A DNA stretch of 50,347 bases from an uncultured Erysipelotrichaceae bacterium (lineage in GTDB: Bacteria; Bacillota_I; Bacilli_A; RFN20; CAG-826): assembly GCA_902803285.1 (NCBI GenBank), contig CADCPC010000061.1, positions 1-50,347 of the forward strand, in the 5' to 3' direction. A program made the translations under genes and the position numbers. The notes under the pieces are model-generated. The model ran no database searches. It was not told where the DNA came from and saw nothing but the letters and a program-made list of their open reading frames with translations. Shown in pieces: positions 9,425 to 19,056 of this stretch; within the stretch, counting starts at the first letter, position 1; every line of letters starts with the position of its first letter.

Positions 9425-10963
9425 CTACTTTCTTTTCACTGGTGTGTAAACAAACTTTTTACCCACTTTTTCTTTATTATAATAGCCCAACTCTGCTAAA
9501 TGGTCCATAGATGTACGCGCTGTTTCATAGACGCATTTTACACATTTGCGGTATTGCTCGATTGTGTAATACATGCCTAATGTGCAGTGTCTAGCATAGA
9601 ACTTTGCCTCACCTTTTTTGAGTCTGTAATCTAATTCAAGAAGATGTTCTTCTAATCTTTGAGCCTCTTTTTCATCGATTTTTGTAGGAATGTAGCCAAA
9701 GGCTATTTCAGTAGATACCACTTGTTTTGGCTCAGCCTTCACTTTTGGAGTAGCAATAACCTTTTCTTCCTTCTCAGGAAGTGGTTTTTCTTCGACAACA
9801 GGTGCTGGTTCTTCTTCAGGGAAGAGTTCTACTGTTTCGATAACAACCTCTTTTGGTTCTTCCTTAGCTTCTTTAACTATTGGAGCTTCTTGAACCACAG
9901 GTTTTTCTTCGGCAATTACTTCTTCTTTCTTTTCAACGATCACTTCTTTAGCAGGAGCTGGTTCTTCATCAATTTTATAAAAATCGTTTCTTATTGTCTT
10001 GACCGAATATTCGCGTAAGATATCAAAGATTTCATCAATATCTTTATCTAAATGATTAGCGGTTGGTGAAACAAAATATGTGACATCCGCGCTAGAAACG
10101 ACTTCTTGAGTCATCTTTCTAACAGCGTCCGCTTTTTGATTTAGTAAGAATTCAAATGGAACAATTGATCCAACTTCTCCTAGTGAAGCATTGGCCAATA
10201 CTGATTTTGCAATTAAAATTGCAATCTCTTCGTTAAAATCTCTAAATGGTTTTACATATGAAACAAAATAATAAGAAATTAATGCTTTATTTAATGCGGT
10301 GCCTTCTCCGTTTGCAATATAAGAGAATAAGCTTTCCATCATAGGTTCAATTTTATCAACAGGTGCTGATTTGTACACACGTGAAACAAGGGCGATTGAA
10401 TCGATATCACTAATGTTTCTATCTCTATAAAAATAGGTTAATTCGCTTATGCCGGTAACTCTGGAATATAAGTCTGCTAAAAAGTCGTCGTTAATTGGAT
10501 TAACATAGCTAGATTCTATATATTTAACTGCGTAGAAATAATTGAGTAATCTTTCTTCGCCATCATCAAATGGATTTTCTGAAATTAATAACTTCTTTAA
10601 TCTTTGAGGTTCAATTTCAATTCCGTTTTTTTCAGCAAGAGCTTTTATCTCTTGAACTGCCACTGATAATTTAAAATGTTCCTTATCCCCATTTAATTCA
10701 TCTAGCTTATTATAGTCAGCAACTAATCTAGATAGTTTAGCGTTGATTTGAGATTCTTTACTAGAGAATGTTGGATATAGACATAGAAATAAATTTCTAT
10801 CTTCTGCATTTTTAAGTGGTAAAACTGTATAAAAAGATTGTCTGTAATTCTCGATCTTCTTCCACATATCTTCTGGAACAAGAATACCGAGTTCGTTAGA
10901 CATTTCTCTTCTTGAAGTATACTTTACTTCGGTGAATTTAATCGCATTGTCATTGTTGGCCAT
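9425..10963 (-). CDS. Fic/Fido-like protein with degenerate active-site motif, E/P/K/V-rich linker and C-terminal wHTH-like domain
   Basis: 512 aa. Residues 226-256 (KALISYYFVSYVKPFRDFNEEIAILIAKSVL) align by eye with the Fic core helix pair (...HyxFexIHPFxDGNGRxxRxL...), but H, G, G, R and R are replaced. Residues 332-418 are low-complexity E/P/K/V. The tail YTIEQYRK...TARTSMDHLAELGYYNKEKVGKKFVYTPV looks like the wHTH that ends many Fic proteins. Confidence 0.55.
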   Translation of the reverse strand: MANNDNAIKFTEVKYTSRREMSNELGILVPEDMWKKIENYRQSFYTVLPLKNAEDRNLFLCLYPTFSSKESQINAKLSRLVADYNKLDELNGDKEHFKLSVAVQEIKALAEKNGIEIEPQRLKKLLISENPFDDGEERLLNYFYAVKYIESSYVNPINDDFLADLYSRVTGISELTYFYRDRNISDIDSIALVSRVYKSAPVDKIEPMMESLFSYIANGEGTALNKALISYYFVSYVKPFRDFNEEIAILIAKSVLANASLGEVGSIVPFEFLLNQKADAVRKMTQEVVSSADVTYFVSPTANHLDKDIDEIFDILREYSVKTIRNDFYKIDEEPAPAKEVIVEKKEEVIAEEKPVVQEAPIVKEAKEEPKEVVIETVELFPEEEPAPVVEEKPLPEKEEKVIATPKVKAEPKQVVSTEIAFGYIPTKIDEKEAQRLEEHLLELDYRLKKGEAKFYARHCTLGMYYTIEQYRKCVKCVYETARTSMDHLAELGYYNKEKVGKKFVYTPVKRK

Positions 10964-10982
10964 ATTTTGTTACCTCAATAAC

Positions 10983-11012
10983 ATTATAAATTGACTTTTT
11001 CTTGTTTTACAA
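10983..11012 (-). promoter_or_regulatory. Candidate promoter for the Fic-like gene
   Basis: Minus strand TTGTAA, 18-nt spacer, TATAAT, followed by SD GAGGT. Confidence 0.5.
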
Positions 11013-11046
11013 GATTAAAACTAATAAACTACTAATTTTTTACCAA

Positions 11047-12864
11047 TTAGTTATCTTCTTGATCATCTATTGCAAGGATTGACATAAATGCTTCTTGTGG
11101 AACTTCTACCGATCCAACTTTCTTCATTCTGCGTTTTCCTTCTTTTTGTTTCTCTAATAGCTTTTTCTTACGAGAGATATCTCCACCATAACATTTTGCT
11201 AAAACATCTTTTCTTACAGCTTTTACGTCCACACGCGCAATAATCTTGCCGCCTATTGCAGCTTGAATTGGTATTTCAAATTGTTGTCTAGGAATAACAG
11301 ATTTAATCTTTCTAATGGTATTAACGCCTCTATGATAAGCGTGTTGTCTATAGATGATGCTGCTCAAAGCATCAACAACTTGACCGTTTAATAAAACGTC
11401 CATCTTGATTAAATCACTAGCGTGATAACCAGATAATTCATAATCAAAAGAAGCATAACCTTTTGTGTAGCTTTTTAATTTGTCAAAGAAATTGTAAACA
11501 ATTTCCGCTAAAGGCAATTCATAGACAAGAATCATTCTTGTGTCATCAAAATATTGTAGATCTTTATAGATGCCTCTACGTTCTTGGCATAATTCCATGA
11601 TTGGTCCAACGTATTCTTTTGGAGTCATGATATTTGCGGTTACGTATGGTTCTTCTATGCGATTAATCTTTGATGAATCTGGTAATTTGGAAGGGTTATC
11701 AATGTTCAACATTGTGCCATCAGTGAGATATACATGATATATAACACTAGGCGCAGTGAGAATAAGGTCCAAATTATATTCTCTTTCAAGTCTTTCTTGG
11801 ATGACATCCATGTGTAATAATCCTAAGAATCCACACCTAAAACCAAAGCCTAAAGCTTGTGAAGTCTCAGCAACATATTGCAAAGAAGCATCGTTTAGAG
11901 ATAATTTCTCTAAAGCGTCTTTTAAATCTTGGTAATCATCGCTATCAACTGGGTATAATCCACAATACACCATCGGATTAATTACTCTATATCCAGGTAA
12001 AGGCTCTTTAGCAGGATTATCAAATAAAGTTACGGTGTCACCAGGTCTAACATCTTTGATGTCTTTGATTTGAGCGCACACATAACCAACTTGTCCACAT
12101 TTTAATTCTTTGAGCTTTAATTCATCAGGAGTTCTAATACCAAGTTCTGTGACTTGATAATCCTTTCCTGATTGCATAAGCATAATGTGATCGTTGAGTT
12201 TAAGCGTACCTTCTTTTATTCTAATAAGAATAACAACGCCACGATATGGATCATAATAACTATCAAATATTAATGCTTGTAATGGAGCGTTTTCATCTCC
12301 ATTAGGGCATGGTATTTCTTTAACAATGCTTTCTAACAATTCATGAATATGGAATCCAGTTTTTGCAGATACTTCAACTGCCTTTTCACTAGAAATACCG
12401 ATTCTTTTCTCAACTTCTTCTTTAGCCCATTCAGGCATTGCGCTTGGCAAATCAACTTTGTTGATAACTGGCAAAACTTCCAAATTATTATCTATTGCTA
12501 AATAGACATTCGCTAAAGTTTGGGCTTCTACTCCTTGAGTAGCATCCACTACCAAAACCGCTCCTTCGCAAGCTGCCAAAGAACGAGATACTTCATAGGT
12601 GAAATCAACATGCCCAGGAGTGTCTATCAGATTAAAAATATATGTTTCGCCATCATCAGCCAAGTAGGATAATGTAACAGCGTTTAGTTTGATGGTAATT
12701 CCTCTTTCTCTTTCTAGATCCATAGAATCGAGAATTTGTTCTTTCATTTCTCTAGAAGAGATTGCGCCAGTCGACTCTAAAATACGATCCGCAAGGGTAG
12801 ACTTACCGTGATCGATATGAGCGATTATTGAGAAATTTCTTGTTTTTTTCTGGCTAAAATCCAT
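11047..12864 (-). CDS. lepA: Translation elongation factor 4 (LepA)
   Basis: 605 aa. [18 protein letters not shown] GTPase motifs and LepA-specific C-terminal domain. Confidence 0.97.
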   Translation of the reverse strand: MDFSQKKTRNFSIIAHIDHGKSTLADRILESTGAISSREMKEQILDSMDLERERGITIKLNAVTLSYLADDGETYIFNLIDTPGHVDFTYEVSRSLAACEGAVLVVDATQGVEAQTLANVYLAIDNNLEVLPVINKVDLPSAMPEWAKEEVEKRIGISSEKAVEVSAKTGFHIHELLESIVKEIPCPNGDENAPLQALIFDSYYDPYRGVVILIRIKEGTLKLNDHIMLMQSGKDYQVTELGIRTPDELKLKELKCGQVGYVCAQIKDIKDVRPGDTVTLFDNPAKEPLPGYRVINPMVYCGLYPVDSDDYQDLKDALEKLSLNDASLQYVAETSQALGFGFRCGFLGLLHMDVIQERLEREYNLDLILTAPSVIYHVYLTDGTMLNIDNPSKLPDSSKINRIEEPYVTANIMTPKEYVGPIMELCQERRGIYKDLQYFDDTRMILVYELPLAEIVYNFFDKLKSYTKGYASFDYELSGYHASDLIKMDVLLNGQVVDALSSIIYRQHAYHRGVNTIRKIKSVIPRQQFEIPIQAAIGGKIIARVDVKAVRKDVLAKCYGGDISRKKKLLEKQKEGKRRMKKVGSVEVPQEAFMSILAIDDQEDN

Positions 12865-12875
12865 AACTGTTGCAA

Positions 12876-12884
12876 ATTATAACA
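12876..12884 (-). promoter_or_regulatory. Extended -10 box directly upstream of lepA
   Basis: Minus strand TGTTATAAT, then 11 nt, then ATG. No SD in between. Confidence 0.5.
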
Positions 12885-12890
12885 TTAATG

Positions 12891-15230
12891 TTACTTTTTG
12901 AAAAACCTTTGTATGCTAAAAGATATATCTTCTGGGGAAGTTACTACTTCATAATCTTCCCATTCTTTTCTAAATAACGAACGATATTCTCTTGTTAAAT
13001 AACGTTCATCTATTAATAGAGCAATGCCTCTATCTTTTTCACTTCTGATTAGTCTGCCAACTGCTTGCATTACTTTATTCATTCCTGGATATAAGTAGGC
13101 ATAATGATATCCATTCATATCTAAGGTCTTATAATAATCACGTATTTTATCATCAACAAAGTTGATTCTACTTAATCCAATGCCAACGATTACAAGCCCA
13201 ATTAATCTATCGCTAACCAAATCAATACCTTCTCCAAAAGCACCGCCGATAATTACAAAACCAAGATGAGTTTTCTTTGGATTAGGCTTAAAAGCATTCA
13301 AAAATGCTTCTTTATCGATATCAGTCATATCCCGATTTTGAATATGCACATCAACATCATCAGGCAAACTAATAACTTCTAATAGCCTATTCAGATATTC
13401 GTAGCTTGGTAAATAAACGAAATAATTGCCAACTTTTTGAGTGACAAAATTTTCAATATATTCCGCAACTTCTTCATAAGAAGAGTCTCTGTTTTTGTAT
13501 TTTGTAGATACCTTTGGAGCAACAAGAATCTTAATGTTTTCTTCTGGGAAAGGAGAAGAAAGAATTAATGACGGATCGTTTTCTTTTCCTCCTAGTAGAG
13601 TTTTGTAATAACTAATTGGAGATAACGTTCCAGAGAACAATATAGATCCTTTTATCTTTGATAATGCTTCTTTTAAAAATGATGAAGCATCTAAACAAGC
13701 AATGTTTAAAGAAATATCATTTTCTTTTTTATCCGCGTAGAAAATAAAGTTATCAGAGAAGACTTCAGATATCTTCTTAAATTTATTACATTCAATATAA
13801 AATTTTGTGAGTTCTTTGCTTATATACTCGTAATGATCTTTGCTCTCTTCTTGATAAGCAGTGATGAACTTATCTACTGGTTTAATACTGTCATAATTGA
13901 TATCTATAAACTCAGTGTTACCTATAGGTAATTCTACGAATATATCAAATATTTTGTTTATTTTATTTAAGTGCATTTTAAGTTTTTTAGAAGGAACATG
14001 TTTTAGAGATTTCTTTGCTTCTAACAGATTAGATAGAGATAATGAAGCGCTATACATGTCTCTACTTCTATCAACTAAATTATGAGCTTCATCTATTAAC
14101 GCTAAAAAGTGAGTCGCATCATCATCAAAATATCTCTTCATATAAGAGATTGGATGGAACATATAGTTATAATCGCAGATGATGACATCGACAAATAAAG
14201 ACAAATCTAATTCAAGTTCGAAAGGACAAACTTCAAAAGTTTTAGCGATTGCCACTATTGTTTCATAATCGAATTCATCAAATTCGACTAGTGATTGTTT
14301 AATAACATCTTTAATTTTATTGTAATATCCCTTTGTAAAAGGACATTCTTCAGGATTGCAGGCTTTATCTTTACAAAAGCAAATCTTCTCTTTTGCGGTG
14401 ATGGATACATCGCTTATCTTTAGTCCACTATTTCTTAATATATTTAGCGCGTTAGCAGCGTTCATTTTCCCACTATTTTTAGCGGTAAGATAAAATATCT
14501 TAGATTTTTCATCATCACCTAACGTTTTAATAAAAGGGAACAAGGTGGACATTGTTTTGCCAATACCCGTTGGAGCTTCAACAAATAAGTTGCCACCATT
14601 TTTTGCGATTGAATAGCAGTATTTAGCGAGTTCTCTTTGACCGCTGCGATATGATGAGAAAGGGAATTCTAGATGTTTGATCGATTCATCTCTAGCTTCT
14701 ATTTTTCTTAATACTATATTATAAAAAGCTAAATATTCTTCGACTAAGTCATGAAAAAACTTTTCCAATTCTTCATAAGCAAATAAATAATTATCGAATA
14801 GTTTTTCGCTAGTTTTTCCTTGTCTGATATATGTTAATCTAACACCTATATGTTTAAGATTATGATCCTTAGCGAATATATAAGCGTAGACCTTTGCTTG
14901 TCCGAGATGCCATTCAAGATTTTCGTTTCTGAATTCTTTTAGATCAATGACTGTGGTTTTGATTTCATCAACTGTGTATTCGTTACCATTTACAATAATG
15001 CCATCTGATCTACCTTGGACATTGACTGTTATTTCATCAATTGTTATCGAAGTGTTGAGTTGAACTTCTGGAAGATAATTATCGCCTTGCTTAGATTGAT
15101 ATAAGGCATGTAGTAATGTGCCTTCGTTCATTGAAGAACGATTAAAAACACGATTATCGATATCGCCTTTTCTTAAAAGAAAATCCACTAATTGGTGGAC
15201 TGAAAGATCTATACTTGTCTTTTTAATCAT
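12891..15230 (-). CDS. RecB-like PD-(D/E)XK nuclease domain fused to an XPD/DinG-family (SF2, Fe-S) DNA helicase
   Basis: 779 aa. N-terminal ~120 aa carry GRSD76G, VDE89IK91T and Q111AKVY115 (D...ExK...QxxxY). Helicase part has Walker A APTGIGKT, DEAH box LIDEAHNL, a Cys cluster CFCKDKACNPEECPF...CPFE, and motif VI QAVGRLIRS. TAATG overlap with the fmt stop. Confidence 0.8.
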   Translation of the reverse strand: MIKKTSIDLSVHQLVDFLLRKGDIDNRVFNRSSMNEGTLLHALYQSKQGDNYLPEVQLNTSITIDEITVNVQGRSDGIIVNGNEYTVDEIKTTVIDLKEFRNENLEWHLGQAKVYAYIFAKDHNLKHIGVRLTYIRQGKTSEKLFDNYLFAYEELEKFFHDLVEEYLAFYNIVLRKIEARDESIKHLEFPFSSYRSGQRELAKYCYSIAKNGGNLFVEAPTGIGKTMSTLFPFIKTLGDDEKSKIFYLTAKNSGKMNAANALNILRNSGLKISDVSITAKEKICFCKDKACNPEECPFTKGYYNKIKDVIKQSLVEFDEFDYETIVAIAKTFEVCPFELELDLSLFVDVIICDYNYMFHPISYMKRYFDDDATHFLALIDEAHNLVDRSRDMYSASLSLSNLLEAKKSLKHVPSKKLKMHLNKINKIFDIFVELPIGNTEFIDINYDSIKPVDKFITAYQEESKDHYEYISKELTKFYIECNKFKKISEVFSDNFIFYADKKENDISLNIACLDASSFLKEALSKIKGSILFSGTLSPISYYKTLLGGKENDPSLILSSPFPEENIKILVAPKVSTKYKNRDSSYEEVAEYIENFVTQKVGNYFVYLPSYEYLNRLLEVISLPDDVDVHIQNRDMTDIDKEAFLNAFKPNPKKTHLGFVIIGGAFGEGIDLVSDRLIGLVIVGIGLSRINFVDDKIRDYYKTLDMNGYHYAYLYPGMNKVMQAVGRLIRSEKDRGIALLIDERYLTREYRSLFRKEWEDYEVVTSPEDISFSIQRFFKK

Positions 15231-16168
15231 TATTCAAAAATCTTTCCTAAGAGATTTTGATTACCATTGATGAAGGATTTATAGTCCATCTTCTTTTTGC
15301 CTTCCTTTTGCACTTCTAAAAGCGAAATAACACCATTAGAGAGTTGAAGATGGAATCCATTTTTATCAGCTTTAATTATTTCTCCAATTTTTCCACTGAC
15401 TTCATCAGAAACAATTTGAGCTTTATAAATCTTCACTTTTTGTTGATCTAAATATAGATACGCCCCAGGAACTTCACTTAACGCTCTGATGTATCCAATA
15501 ATTTTTTCTTTGTTTTGACTTAAGTCAAGTTTCTCTTCTTCTGGTTTGATAGTTGGACAATATGAAACAAGATTCTCATCCTGAGGAATGCCGACATATT
15601 CATGATTAAGATATTTTGGTAACGCTCTTAAGATTAGTCTTAATGCAGCATCACCCATCTTATCGAATAGAGAAGTCATGTTATCGCTTTCTTCAATAAC
15701 AACTTCTTCTTTATCGTACATTTCACCAGCATCCATCTCTTTAACCATTTTCATAAGAGTCATGCCAGTGACTTTATCTCCATTGATTAAAGCGTACTGT
15801 ATAGGAGCAGCGCCTCTATATTTTGGTAGCAAACTACCATGAAGATTAATTGCCCCATAAGTAGGAATATCGAGTAACCCCTGTGGAACAATTTGTCCGT
15901 ACGCTAATGTGACGATAACATCAGGCTTTAAATCTTTTATAAATTCATATTCTTTTCTGATTTTTACTGGTTGATAGACAGGAATATTATATTTTTCCGC
16001 AACTACTTTAGTAGGGACAGGTTCCAATATTTGCTTTCTTCCAACTGGACGATCTGGTTGAGCAATTAATGCCACAACATTAAATCCATCAGAAACAATA
16101 CCCTCTAACACTTTAGCGGATATTTCGGGTGTGCCCATAAAAATAATACGTGATTCTCTCTTGTCCAT
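15230..16168 (-). CDS. fmt: Methionyl-tRNA formyltransferase
   Basis: 312 aa. N-terminal formyltransferase fold with HGSLLPKYRGAAP motif and C-terminal tRNA-binding domain. Confidence 0.95.
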   Translation of the reverse strand: MDKRESRIIFMGTPEISAKVLEGIVSDGFNVVALIAQPDRPVGRKQILEPVPTKVVAEKYNIPVYQPVKIRKEYEFIKDLKPDVIVTLAYGQIVPQGLLDIPTYGAINLHGSLLPKYRGAAPIQYALINGDKVTGMTLMKMVKEMDAGEMYDKEEVVIEESDNMTSLFDKMGDAALRLILRALPKYLNHEYVGIPQDENLVSYCPTIKPEEEKLDLSQNKEKIIGYIRALSEVPGAYLYLDQQKVKIYKAQIVSDEVSGKIGEIIKADKNGFHLQLSNGVISLLEVQKEGKKKMDYKSFINGNQNLLGKIFE

Positions 16169-16177
16169 ACCGCAATT

Positions 16178-16206
16178 ATTATATATAGATTTTATATTCT
16201 TTACAA
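16178..16206 (-). promoter_or_regulatory. Candidate promoter of fmt
   Basis: Minus strand TTGTAA, 17-nt spacer, TATAAT, then only 9 nt (AATTGCGGT) before the ATG, with no SD. Confidence 0.5.
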
Positions 16207-16224
16207 AGTAAAATAATACTTGTT

Positions 16225-16686
16225 ATGAAGATATTAATCGTCAGTGATTCTCACCGAAATGATGAACTTTTAATGGAGTTAGTCAAAGAATATCCAAAAA
16301 TGGATTTATATTTACACGCTGGAGATAGTGAGTCTATCCCAGAATATATCTATCCATTTGATTCTTGTTTAGGTAACTGCGACTCATATCCATTTGATGA
16401 AAAACGTTTTATTAGAACAGAATTTGGAAATATTCTAATGAAGCATTTTCCTTATCTTACTGATAAAGAAAAGGAAAACATTAAGGTTTTTATCCATGGT
16501 CACACTCATAGATATAAAGCCGAAATCATTGATAATATCCTCATTATTAATCCTGGTAGTATCTCTTTAAGTAGAGATAATTCCAATGGTTCTTTTGCAA
16601 TTTTGACGATGGACGAACATCAAATAAAAGTTGATGTCATCGACATTTTTTCGAAAGTTATTCTCACCTCTTTACAAATAATGTAA
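16225..16686 (+). CDS. YfcE-type metallophosphoesterase
   Basis: 153 aa. Calcineurin-like motifs SDSH, GDS, GNCD, HGHTH. Confidence 0.85.
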   Translation: MKILIVSDSHRNDELLMELVKEYPKMDLYLHAGDSESIPEYIYPFDSCLGNCDSYPFDEKRFIRTEFGNILMKHFPYLTDKEKENIKVFIHGHTHRYKAEIIDNILIINPGSISLSRDNSNGSFAILTMDEHQIKVDVIDIFSKVILTSLQIM

Positions 16687-16713
16687 AATACCACAGGAAA
16701 GGGGAATACAATT

Positions 16714-18711
16714 ATGTATCCTGAATATAACAAAGTTAAAGCATGTGCAGAAGAAGCTAAATTACTTCTCAACACATCAAGAACAATGGAAGATATCTTC
16801 AATCTATCCGTTAAAAGAAACGCTAAAAGATTAGCAGTTACCTATATCGATGCAAAAGGTAAACTCAAAAAATATAAATATTCTTTATTTAGAAAACACG
16901 CTTATGAAACAGCATCAATTTTAGCCAACTTCATGATCCAACAACCTAAAAACACCACAATTGTGTTAAAGGCTGCTAACGGACCTCACTGGGGTGAAAT
17001 TTTCTGGGCTATCTTAATGTGCGGTTATAAACCACTTTTAGTTGATGCCAAAACTTCTAAAGAAGGCACTGAGAACTTAATCAAACAAGGAAAAGCTGCT
17101 GCTATCATTACTGATGATACCTACAGCTATGATATTCCTAAATTCTCTCTTCACGATATTTTAGAAGAAAAGAGCACATATTCATTCTCGCCAACTTGGG
17201 AAAATGAAGTAATTTTCTGTTCTAGTGGTACTACTGGCGAAGTCAAAATGATGGTGTTTAACGGTGAAAATCTTGTTCACCAAATCTGTGCAGCATTAGA
17301 CTTCGCAGAAACAAGTAAAGATCTTCTCTATCCAAAATCAATGGGACCATTAAAAGTTTTAGCTATGATTCCATTCCACCATATCTTTGGTTTCATCGCT
17401 ACATTCTTATGGTACTTCTACTATGGCGCAAACTTCGTATTTGTACGTTCATTAGCACCATCTGAAGTTCAATCCATTTGTCAAAAAGTTGGTGTTACCC
17501 ATATCTTCTCTGTCCCACTATTCTGGGATGGTATCGCTCAAGGATTAGAGAGAAAGAAAGCTCTTGAAACACCTATTAGACAAGCATTCATTAACCAATT
17601 AATTGGTTATAATACAGGAAAAATCTCTAGAGAAGAAGCAGGACCATATAAAGCAGTTCAAGCTAGAATTCAAAAGAATTTGCTTGGTGATAAAGTTAGA
17701 TTCTGTATCTCTGGTGGCGGATATTTAAGTGGTAAGACACAAACAATTATTAACGGTATCGGTTATCCTCTATATAATGGATACGGCATGACTGAAATCG
17801 GTATTACTTCCGTTGAACTTTCACCTGTTGTTGAAACTAGATTAAAGGGATCTATTGGTATTCCATTACACGGCATTTCCTATAAGATCAAACCAAACGG
17901 CAAAAACGCAAAAACTGGTGAATTATTTGTTGCTTCACCTATCACTCACATTCGCGAAATTATTGGTGGAGTCGAAAAAGGCGTTGATCTTGATTCAGAA
18001 GGCTACTTTGCTACAGGCGATATCGCAGAAGTTGATGCTACAAATAGGTACTATTTAAAGGGCCGTATTAAAGACATCATCATTAACTCTGATGGTGAAA
18101 ACATTTATCCTGATGAATTAGAAATTTTCTTCAAGAAAGTGCCTCACGTTATCAATTTATGCGTTTTAGGCATTAACGTTAAAGGCACAACTAATCAAAA
18201 GATTGTCTGTGTTATCGAAATTGATAATGCTTCTACTGATGAAGAAATCGAAGCTCTCAAAGAAGAAGTTAAGAAAATTGGACAAGATTTACCAAAGGGT
18301 ACAAAGATTACAGACTTCTATTTCGCACGTGGCAAATTACCAATTGCTAACAACATGAAAGTTAAACGTTTCATGGTCAAAAAAGGAATTGAACAAATGA
18401 CTGGAGAATATATCCCATTTGATTTCAAAAAAGAAACAAAATCATTTAAGAATTTTGATAAGAAAACAATTGAAACAATTGTTGAACCATTAAGAGACAT
18501 CTTCTCTAAGATCTTAATTCTTCCTAAATTCAAGATTGATGATGACGGCCACTGGGTCAATGACTTAGGCGGAGATTCAATGAGCTATGTTGAACTCGTC
18601 ACCACTATTCAAGATAAATTTGATGTTGTAATCCCAGAAACATTATATGGGCAACTCGCCACACTTAATGACTTCGCAGAAGAGATTGCAACACTCAAAA
18701 GCAAGAAATAA
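16714..18711 (+). CDS. Stand-alone adenylation (AMP-binding) enzyme fused to a C-terminal carrier-protein (PCP/ACP) domain
   Basis: 665 aa. Adenylate-forming core motifs SSGTTGEVK, YGMTE, YFATGD, GRIKDIIINSDGENIYPDELE, KVKRF. C-terminal ~75 aa carry LGGDSMSYVEL, a phosphopantetheine-attachment Ser motif. SD AAAGGGGA upstream. Confidence 0.8.
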   Translation: MYPEYNKVKACAEEAKLLLNTSRTMEDIFNLSVKRNAKRLAVTYIDAKGKLKKYKYSLFRKHAYETASILANFMIQQPKNTTIVLKAANGPHWGEIFWAILMCGYKPLLVDAKTSKEGTENLIKQGKAAAIITDDTYSYDIPKFSLHDILEEKSTYSFSPTWENEVIFCSSGTTGEVKMMVFNGENLVHQICAALDFAETSKDLLYPKSMGPLKVLAMIPFHHIFGFIATFLWYFYYGANFVFVRSLAPSEVQSICQKVGVTHIFSVPLFWDGIAQGLERKKALETPIRQAFINQLIGYNTGKISREEAGPYKAVQARIQKNLLGDKVRFCISGGGYLSGKTQTIINGIGYPLYNGYGMTEIGITSVELSPVVETRLKGSIGIPLHGISYKIKPNGKNAKTGELFVASPITHIREIIGGVEKGVDLDSEGYFATGDIAEVDATNRYYLKGRIKDIIINSDGENIYPDELEIFFKKVPHVINLCVLGINVKGTTNQKIVCVIEIDNASTDEEIEALKEEVKKIGQDLPKGTKITDFYFARGKLPIANNMKVKRFMVKKGIEQMTGEYIPFDFKKETKSFKNFDKKTIETIVEPLRDIFSKILILPKFKIDDDGHWVNDLGGDSMSYVELVTTIQDKFDVVIPETLYGQLATLNDFAEEIATLKSKK

Positions 18712-18740
18712 TTACAATTTATAATTGCATTATTTATACA
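18712..18740 (+). promoter_or_regulatory. Candidate rpsT promoter
   Basis: TTACAA, 17-nt spacer, TATACA, followed by SD GAAGGTAG. Confidence 0.4.
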
Positions 18741-18785
18741 GTTTTAGTAAACTTAAACGCGACGCAAAAAAGAAGGTAGTAAAAT

Positions 18786-19049
18786 ATGGCAAACATTAAA
18801 TCACAAATCAAACGTAACCGCACAAACGAAGAAGCTCGCTTAAGAAACAAGGCAGCAAAGAGCGCTGTTCGTACTGCTATTAAGAGAGTTAAAGTTGCAG
18901 TTGAAGCAAAAGATTTAGCAAAAGCTGAATCCGAAGTTTTAGTTGCTTTCAAATTAATTGACAAATCTGTTTCTGATGGTATTCAACACAAGAATACAGG
19001 TGCAAGACAAAAGAGCGAGTTACAAAGACTCATTAATTCTTTAAAATAA
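18786..19049 (+). CDS. rpsT: 30S ribosomal protein S20
   Basis: 87 aa, highly basic, MANIKSQIKR... N-terminus typical of S20. Confidence 0.95.
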   Translation: MANIKSQIKRNRTNEEARLRNKAAKSAVRTAIKRVKVAVEAKDLAKAESEVLVAFKLIDKSVSDGIQHKNTGARQKSELQRLINSLK

Positions 19050-19056
19050 TTTATTA

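Noticed and set aside
9710-9970. Repetitive-looking E/P/K/V-rich stretch considered as a tandem DNA repeat or CRISPR-like array
   Set aside because: It is in frame within the 512-aa ORF. There is no exact DNA repeat unit or spacer periodicity. It is a low-complexity protein linker.
12891-15230. Nuclease-helicase as a stand-alone phage-defence gene
   Set aside because: It is translationally coupled to fmt and followed directly by lepA. There are no neighbouring defence, methylase or mobile genes. A housekeeping repair role is the more economical reading. It is kept as a finding only for its architecture.
16186-16224. Promoter for the YfcE-type phosphoesterase gene in the fmt-divergent spacer
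   Set aside because: There are several weak -10/-35 combinations (TAAAAT, TAATAC, TTTACA), but none has acceptable spacing. It cannot be called from sequence alone.
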